Shown here piece after piece: positions 54,014 to 64,000 of a stretch of 64,000 nt of DNA. The position numbers and the translations under genes are program-made. Within the stretch, counting starts at the first letter, position 1, and each line of letters starts with the position of its first letter. This DNA comes from Catajapyx aquilonaris (taxonomy: Eukaryota), in assembly GCA_000934665.2 (NCBI GenBank), contig KZ538835.1:1-64000 (forward strand). The letters are read 5' to 3'. The notes under the pieces are model-generated. The model saw only the letters and a list, made by a program, of their open reading frames with translations. It searched no databases and had not been told where the DNA came from.

Positions 54014-55342
54014 ACCGTGCTGTCGCAACACGCAGCAGTCATGACGATAAACCACATCAGTTGCTGGTGCGAAACCTGCAGACGTTGTGCAGGTATGGCT
54101 CACACTTGCACAGCACTGCCTGTAGTGGCCTTGATTCCAACACACCTGACAGAGATATTATGTTCTGCAGAGAGAATCAGAGAGTATAAGTAAAGGTCGC
54201 TCTCTGAAGAAGATACCAGTTAATCAAGTCTTATCTGCACTTCATTTAAAAAAAACAGGCAGGTGCTAAGACCTCTGTTATTAAAAGCTGATATCTGATG
54301 GTCTCGGATGAGTTTTACGGAGAAAAGTGGTAAAAGTATGCGAACGACCCTCACGTGTTAGGAGATGAATAGCAGTCGTTACTGTACCGATATACGTGTG
54401 CAGCACGTCAAACTTTTGACTCATCCTCGCAGCTGGCACTCTCATTACGTATGCTTCACTATATAACCTTCACTTCGGAAAAGGCGAACAGCAAGTGTTG
54501 GAAATTGGCATTGAACTTTGCTGCATTTTATGCCTAATGCTGTTGTCTGCTATTTAAAAACCGTGAAAATTTTAAAATTCCCTTATATTTTTGCGCTGTG
54601 TATTTTTTTAAACGAAGGCCTACGATTTGAAACAACTATACCTCTGCACATATTTCATATTTTATCTAAGCACTGATCATGTTACTTAAGCTCTTATATC
54701 TTCATTGCAACCGGCTTTACTGGACAGTAATCCTTCACAGAGGCGATAATCATCGACTGATATTATGGGACAAGATATGTAATGCCAATGTAATGCATTC
54801 AAACTCCCAGTGTAGAGAGACCCACACCTACTAAAACATTTGCATAGATCAACTTTTGATTGTTTACATAATTTTTTTTCCTTCTCTGAACCTTTCACTT
54901 TTGAAGACTTACACTTACTTATTATTATATTTTTTTAAAAAATAACATATAGCCTACATACCATATATGCCAGCATCAGTGGAACGATCGGATAGAAACC
55001 TCTCCTCCGCCAGCTTTCGATTGACTATATGCAACGATTAAGTGTCGACACCAATAAATAGGAGGTTTCCATTCAGCACAACCCACTTTTTGTCGAATCC
55101 AGGTCTATTGTGGCACACATATTGTACGGCATATGTACATATAACACACCTTCGTAAGTCACACCTGCCTCACAATTACACTGTGAGGTCAGGATTTCTC
55201 CTGTAAGCATCACGAATGCAACATAGTGACCCTTCAAAATAAATGGACACACTGTGTTTTTAGGCATCACTTTTATTATATACATTTTGTCAAAAACCAT
55301 TCCGGACATATTTTGCCTCCATCCAGCTGTAACCAACAGATT

Positions 55343-55394
55343 TTTGTTTGTTTGTTTGTTTGTTTGTTTGTTTGTTTGTTTGTTTGTTTGTTTG
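55343..55394. repeat. (TTTG)n microsatellite
   Basis: About 13 TTTG units. Confidence 0.97.
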
Positions 55395-55860
55395 CTAAAA
55401 CTCATTCTAAGTTTAACAGTTTATGACAGTAATAAAAGCACTTAGCGTACTTTGCCAGCATAAATGTAGTTCAGTGTGGAGCTGAAGATGCCTCCACCTC
55501 CCCGAGTATGATTTTTGCAAGCGTACCGCGCATGACCTCGCGTAATTAGTATCATTTTGGTGCTGTATCGACGACTACTGCGAGTTCCCATCCACAATGC
55601 AATGGGTGGTCGGATCAGGGATGGTGAGACTTCTCTCATTTTTTTAACTAATTAATTCACCAGTTTTTTGTGCACGAAAAGTAGTGAACCTGACGTAAAA
55701 ACGTCTGCAGAATCATAAGGACAACCAAAAATGCAGGATTTAGTTTGGGTTTATTAATTATCCGTTTTTTCCCCCCTTGAGTCATGATAGTGGACTGTCC
55801 CAAAATGTGTGTTTCAATGTTTAATGAGATGTATGATCTCCTTTGTAATAGAACCTGGTC

Positions 55861-56850
55861 ATGTCGAGCGAGAGACTGAGGCAGCCCTTCGAGGGCCAGC
55901 TGTACAAGTACACCAATGTCATGAAGGGATGGCAGTACAGGTGGTTCATACTCGACCCAGAGTCAGGCATACTCGAGTACTACGTGGTAAGTGCCATGTG
56001 AAATGAGACAGAAATTATTACTAATAGTGAACAATATTACAGGCGGATTCAGAAAGGAAGCAGCGTCCTCGTGGGTCGGTCCATTTGGCAGGTGCTGTGA
56101 TTGCTCCAAGTGACGAAGACTCCCACACTTTTACAGTCAACTCTGCTTCGGGTGAGGTGTACAAACTGAGAGCTAGTGATGCGAGGGAAAGGCAAGAGTG
56201 GGTCACCAGGCTTAGAGCAGTGGCCGAGATGCACACACAAGCAATCGCACATGTAAGAGAAATGAGAACGCCAAACGACATCACTGATTTATTAGTTGCT
56301 TGGAATTGTGTTTTAAAATGCTAGGTGTTGCAGAGCATACCAGCAATGTCATCGAGGGAAGGAGGATCACATCACTCGTCATCGCAGCACCACTCACACG
56401 CACACCAGTCACGCATCACCTGCTCACTCTCGGTACTGGATGCGTTCAAGTCAGTCAGAGAATTCCTGCAAAGATCAGAGCAGAACCATTACTCACTGGC
56501 AAAGGCCATTGAGGAGATGCCAGGAACTGGTACTGACCACATGAATTGTGCAATTGCCTATCAAAAGGCTGTCATTAAAATGATTTCTTCTTACAGGAAA
56601 TGGGATAAAATGTACAGATATGGACCTGCTCCTTATGAAGGCAACCTCCCAAGCGACTCTGGTCTGCTTGGAACAGTGCCTGTCGGTGCTACACCACCAG
56701 ATGCCAATGTTCAGTGGAGCGCCTCCACCTCCACCTCTCCAGGTGATCCAGCCACACTCACCCCAACCACAGCAGGTCACAGCACCACCCCTGCCAGCCT
56801 CAGACGGACACTCAGGTGCAAACGGAGGGTGTGAAGGAGACCTCATTTGA
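55861..56850 (+). CDS. ORP10/ORP11-like PH-domain protein lacking the oxysterol-binding domain, 261 aa
   Basis: Exons 55861-55986, 56043-56252, 56334-56529 and 56597-56850 total 786 nt in frame. PH domain [19 protein letters not shown]...[38 protein letters not shown], then the ORP10/11-type helical motif [20 protein letters not shown], then a stop. Confidence 0.88.
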
Positions 56851-57707
56851 TCTCAAAGGACCTGATGCAATGAGGAGAAAATGGGACAATGTACAGAATG
56901 TAGTTACGTGTGTGGATGTGCATAGTGCTTTCAGTCATCCCACAGGAAAGAAATATTTGGCATGATTACATTTCTTAGTGCAACGACCTTCTCACGTTGT
57001 GAAGCAATCTCAGCAGCGGCCAAAATGTCTTCATTGCACACTTTTTTTTTTCCTCCATCCAGTAGGAAGATCAAAATGGAAAATTTTAAGCACTCTCTTA
57101 AAACTTTTTTGAAAAAAAAGTGCCTTCAAATTCTGAATTATGGGTTCAATTTTTGGTGACTTGTACAAAGCATTAAAAAAGCCAATTAATAAATAATTAT
57201 ACAGGGTGAACCTAATCTGTGCCAGTCAGTTACACATGTTTACACCTGCTGCTGTTGATAAACAGCTGTAATTTGCCTTGTTAAGCGTAAACAAGGCCGC
57301 TTATGATCAGGAATAATTGTCCTTGAATGAGTAATTGGCTAGCAAAGACTGAATTACCCATGTTTTTAAATACACTACTTCTATCCCATTGTCAGTGGCA
57401 GTGCCAACCAGGTCTAGAATAGGTCAATAATATACATTGAGAGAATATAATCTCTGAACGATGCATATCTTCTATATACCTTCCATATGACACTTTTTTT
57501 TTGCCCATACCAATTTCCCCATCGACATGCATTTTGAAATTATTATTTATCTGTTTAAAACGCACACTTGCATGTTTTTTTTTTTGTTGCTGTAAATTTA
57601 TGTATGTTTGTTTCCTCTATTGAATAAAAACATATTTTTGGGGGATGGACGAAGGAGTTTCTTTACTAATTTCTAAACATTTCACAGCATTTAATTAAAG
57701 GTGTGGT

Positions 57708-59194
57708 TCATTTGGCCAGCTTCTTCTTCTCTTGCATTTTTGCAGCTTTTTTCTTCATGATCTGCAGGCGCTTGTCTGCGTTTAAAATCGAAGCGGTCGA
57801 TGATCCGGAAGTCGATGAAGTATTTTTTGAATTGTTTGACTGGCTCGACTTAAAACTACTGGATGAGCTGGAACTGCCAGACTTTGACGATCCTGCAATT
57901 AAATTCACTCGTAAGCCCCCTGAACTTGAAAGTGAAATTACCGAGATCCATGCAAGAAAATTCAACTACCCCATCACCCCCTATGCAAAGAATTTTTTCA
58001 AAAAAGGTTAGTTGAGCAAATAGCCAACCCTTCTCACTACCTCCGAATGCCTTTCCAGGCTTGCCTGATTGGTTAACTTTCCCATTGTTAGTAGAGGGCA
58101 CTTTTGGGGTTGTTGTTGGGAGGGAAATGTTGTTGTGTCCACCTTTCAAGCTGGCTGCCAATGCTGCCATTCCCAAGGGTTTGCTTGGGCTGTTTGCTGT
58201 TGACCCACTACTGGATGATGATGACGCATTCTAGAGAAATATGAGGTTAATATACACTGTTGTTATCTAACCAATAAGCATTAAACGAACCTTAGATTCC
58301 CGCTTGAACAGGCTAGAAGAGTCGAGCTTCAGACTGGCTTTAGTTGGCACTGGGCTCTCTCTATTCTTCTGCTTCGTAGACGATGAAGATGTTGTCGACA
58401 CTGACGCTGAAGATGACGAGGAGGAGACAACTGGCTTGGTCAACTTGGTGGCTTGCTTCTTCATGGTTTTAGTGCAGTTGGCGCAATACCAGACCACCCT
58501 TGGGTCATTGTACTCTTGTGGGATGACAGGCATGTGGCACTCCTGGTGATAGAGGGAGTGACACTCCTGACATTCCACCAGCTGGTTGCGGGGTCCGACC
58601 TCCAGACGCTTGCAAACCACACAGTTCAGACCCATCATGATTTCCTTGGCCAGGTCATCCTCATTTGAGTCAGAATCGTCGGATTTGCGCCCAAATGAGT
58701 CGGAGTCAACTGAGAGTGAGGAAGCTGAGGATGGAGAATGTGATTTGCTCGCAACTACTGTTTTAGGGGACAAGCCACGTTTCATCCACTTTGGTTCCTT
58801 TGCCCCGAGATGGTTCAGCTCGGAAAGCTCATCTCTCAGCTTATCCAAGTTTCGTTTGTTTGATTCCTCACCTCCTGTACGCAGCAGCGGGGACGGGGAT
58901 GAGCTGCGGGACTTGGCCACCGGCTCCAGTTTGGAAATCAAGTCCTGGGAAATATACCGCACCATGCATTGTCAACACTCATCTTAAGAACACATGCATA
59001 ATCAAAACATCTGGTTTGTGAACTGTTTGCAGCTATACTTTTCTGATTCCGACAGCCGTGCTCCGCTGGCCCCCATGCCTCTGAGCAATCGCATCTTCCA
59101 ACATTTGACGCAGCTGATCAGAAGAATCCTTACTCTTGGAATGAAGGAGCCGAATAGCCCGGACAAACACAGGATCTAGCTCCAGGTTTGCCAT
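57708..59194 (-). CDS. INTS12: Integrator complex subunit 12 (PHD finger)
   Basis: N-terminal microdomain [43 protein letters not shown]...[18 protein letters not shown]...WYCANC, Ser-rich tail and C-terminal [14 protein letters not shown]. Four exons. Confidence 0.95.
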
Positions 59195-59699
59195 ATTCGT
59201 GATTCCCGTGACTTGACCTGAGGAATAAAGGGTTAAGTCAGAATGTTAGATATCACAAGAAATAACTGGACCTTTCTGCCGGAGTCGGCCGGAGTGGTCT
59301 CGTTGAATACTCATTTATTTATCTACACTATTTGTTCATTTATTTATTTGCTTATTAATTTATCTGCTTGTGTATTTGTTCAATTAATTTGGTTATTTAT
59401 TTACTTATGGGCGGGGAAGAAAAGGAGAGATGTTTCCCATGCAATATGAAGGTGTGATTATGACTCAAAAATGTTCCCTCTGAACCTTTTTTCGGGTGTA
59501 ATTACACTTGTCCGCCTCAAAAGGTCACACTTACTCGTTGGTTATACCCTCTGGAATTGTGCCAAAAGCAAAACGACAACTTGGGACGTCCCTGAATTAC
59601 TCAGACTCTCAGAGGAATAATTTCAGGTCAAAATCCTTTGGAAAAAAAAAAATGGATCTGCAAAATCGGAGAGAAGCCATTTCATGCTGAGCCGCGAAT

Positions 59700-60135
59700 C
59701 TGACCAATCACAGCGCCGCATTCTCAAGCGACGCATGCGCCGAGATTGGAATGTTCGCAATTAAAACATGTAATCGATGCTACCAAAGCATTCCAATTAA
59801 TTAATAAATGCCTAAATAAATTTAAACTAATGTACTTATGAAAACTGCCAATTAAATCCGACAGCAATGCCATCTGCAGGCATATGGATGTAGGCACAAA
59901 CTGGCCGCCATGTTGGCTCCCAAAATCCGGATATTCAATTGGCGCTCCGCATCTGACGTCATTTTAATTCCACCATGATTGGTTGTCAGCTCAGTAAGGA
60001 CCCAACATGTCCTCCTATATCTATAATCCCTGCCGTTTGCCTCATTTCCTCAGCCATTAGAGAAGTGAAGGGGGAAAAAAAAACTAGGAAAAAAAAAGAA
60101 CTTGTCGGCTTCCCCACCACATCAGGAAGTGACAT
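59700..60135. promoter_or_regulatory. Bidirectional promoter between INTS12 and Crk
   Basis: Between divergent genes: CCAAT (59704), NRF1-like CGCATGCGC (59732-59740), YY1-like GCCGCCATGTT (~59904), CRE TGACGTCA (59954-59961) and ETS CAGGAAGTG (60123-60131). Confidence 0.6.
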
Positions 60136-60366
60136 TTTTCCCCCCTATTTCGAAGGGTAGCCTGCAGGGGGGCGGGTTAAAGGTCAAAGGGAAGGGGTCA
60201 AAAGGGAAGCGAAGAGGGCAGGGGCGGGGACCCGGCTTTTTAATTAGGAAGCGATCGATAAGGACCCAAGAGAAGAGAGGCAAGCCCTAGGCCTCATGTG
60301 CATCACACAAGGGGGGATGAGACCATTGGCCTAGGACAGGGGGAAAAAAAACGAGAAGGAGTTTAG

Positions 60367-61802
<1,436 letters not shown>

Positions 61803-63681
61803 GCTGATTTTTGGGAACAAGAGGAAAGAAAACGGGTGTGAATGTATATAGCAGCATGCATCATGAGACGGACCTCTTCTTAGTGCTCAAGAGTTAATAT
61901 AATGGTTGCAAAAATAGAATATTCCTCCTCCCCAATCAGACATGTACAGGAACTAGAGTGTACAGGACATTTTACAAAAGTAGAGTTGTACCATATTTGT
62001 GCAATTTTTGAAACACTAGGTAGATGCATGTGTAATTTGACGTATAATGGTGAATCTTTTTAAAACAATGATTTTTTGCTTGCATGTCCTCGACAGGCCA
62101 TATTTTAAAATTGAATTCTTTGCGATGCTGTATTTCGACCATATTGGTGTCTTCTTTTATAATTTTTTTTTCAAACAATCTATTTATTGAATGCTGGTCA
62201 CAATTGGCAATAATGTGAAGGGTGCCAATGAGTGCTTTGTGCGACTCCTTTTTGGGAACTGATTTTTTTTTTGCATGTGAATGGGGCAATATTGGGTCAA
62301 TTTTCTTGAAGATGAGACTCTTTGAGGTGCCTTTTTTGGTGGGAAAAACAAAAGACATTTTGTGGAGGACAAGTTTTGCGAAGTTGTGGGGTGTGTGCGT
62401 GTGTGTTCATTTTTCTTTCCTTTTTGAAACTTGATATCAATTTTCGCAGAGTCTGACCGGTGAGTTTTATTCTTTCGTAGATTGCCAGTATTTCTGATAA
62501 GCTTGTCTTCCAAATGATTGACATTCATTCAATGTGATTCTGTGTAACAATTATATTTTATTAATGATGAATAATGATTTGCTAAGGCAGGTTACAGGCA
62601 ACGCCTCATTTTATGTGGATGTATTTTATGCATGTATATTATAATTCCTTCTACCCCCACCCAACGAAGTGACCTGACTTTGGTGGCGATTCCTAGTGGA
62701 TTTAATAAAACGCTCTTGTCATCATGCCAATTGTTTTCTTGTGCCAATAGATTTATGTTTATGAAATCACCAACTTCAGTCCTTTAAAAATACAGCTAAT
62801 TCCACTACTTTGGACAAAAAGTAATTGTAATTGCCATAAATGTAATTTGAACTGATTTTTGGGACTTACTGTCAGCCTATATGACAGTGTCGATAACCAC
62901 TTTAGTTTTGTGACCATAAATTTGATCTTATTTTATTTTCCGTGCTGGCTGAGGGAATTTTACCCAGCAAGCCTTTTCTCTTAATTAACTTGGGGTTAAG
63001 GTATTTTCATGTCCACTGCCTGTTCATGAAATGACTCTTTCTACCACAACTAGCTAACCAAACTTACGATGCTGACTCCTCCACACATACGTGCATTTTA
63101 ATGATCAGCTCCTGGACCTCCCTCAGAAAATATGTCCTATACAATTTAATGCTAATTTTGAATGGAATTTGTGGGAACCAGTGACCAACAGTGGAGGGGA
63201 ATAATCAATTCTGCGCATCATGTAGCATAATCTTGGCTATCATGGAATATTGCAGGTTTGAAGACTTCAAATCCGTCATATGCCATGGGCTCTTGATGTC
63301 GATATACTCTAGAATTTAAATTCCTACATACAGGGAAAGCTCTTTCGTTGTCCATGGGAGTGTTTGCAATTATTGTTTTTTTTAGCAAATATGGATTTCA
63401 GAATATTCATTAAACCTATAAGTATATCCAAACATGGTTGCAAACCATTGCACCTTTTTTTGTGTAGATAGAACCTCAAAAGTTGCATGAAAGTATCCGG
63501 TATGTTTTGCACCAATCTTTCTTCACTGCAAGCAGTCTCTCATCTAACTTTGATGCTGCAAAAAATGACCTTCCAGCATTTGTTAATCCCTCGGTTCTCA
63601 CAATCAAGGAGGATGAATCACGCACATAAAACCAGTTTAACAAAAAAATATTTAGCTCTTATTTAGTTCCGATTTTGTCCA

Positions 63682-63810
63682 TCGTACTCTTGTGAATGTA
63701 GGCCTATACAGTACTGTACCATTCAATTTGGCACAATTTTTCGTACTCGTGTGAATGTATACAGTACTGTACCATTCAATTTGGCACAGATTTGGCACAA
63801 TTTTTTGGCA
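63682..63810. repeat. Short tandem repeat, ~55-bp unit, two copies plus partials
   Basis: TCGTACTC..GTGAATGTA..TACAGTACTGTACCATTCAATTTGGCACA occurs twice, followed by TTTGGCACA partial copies. Confidence 0.8.
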
Positions 63811-64000
63811 GAAAATAGCAGCTGCCACCTTTTAATTTATGTTGACTATTTTACTGTTTGTAAAAATTAGAATATTATGTGAGTCATCATTAAAAACCTG
63901 TTTGTATACATTTTGAAATTTTGTAAAAAAGCAAATTCGGTCACGTGACAAGTTCAAGAGCGCTGATTGGCCAACTGTACCGTTGGCACCATTGCGTCAG

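Noticed and set aside
63682..63810. Repeat superficially resembling a CRISPR array
   Set aside because: Only two units, no unique spacers, no cas genes and a eukaryotic context.

Overview
Gene-dense eukaryotic DNA, most likely from an arthropod (pancrustacean-like proteins, many 55-80 nt introns). It is not prokaryotic, and I found no CRISPR array, rRNA or tRNA. I reconstructed 12 protein-coding genes by hand: KIN17 (3' end outside the window), SmF/SNRPF, an MSS51-like MYND zinc-finger gene, an uncharacterised BAR-type gene, a C12orf56 homolog, synaptojanin, a three-intron cytosolic HSP70, a secreted four-MAM-domain protein, RASEF, an ORP10/11-like PH protein with no lipid-binding domain, INTS12 and Crk. 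There are also several MITEs, LINE fragments and microsatellites. The main finding is the plus-strand gene at 4810-11772. Its helical core aligns colinearly with the fungal eisosome proteins Pil1/Lsp1, and its tail carries PTAP, PPxY and an LYP-type motif, suggesting an ESCRT/Nedd4-recruiting membrane-shaping protein in an animal. It appears to host the MYND gene antisense in intron 1. Three GC-AG introns and a ~1 kb intronic tandem duplication are also noted. All homology calls are from remembered family sequences; no searches were run.
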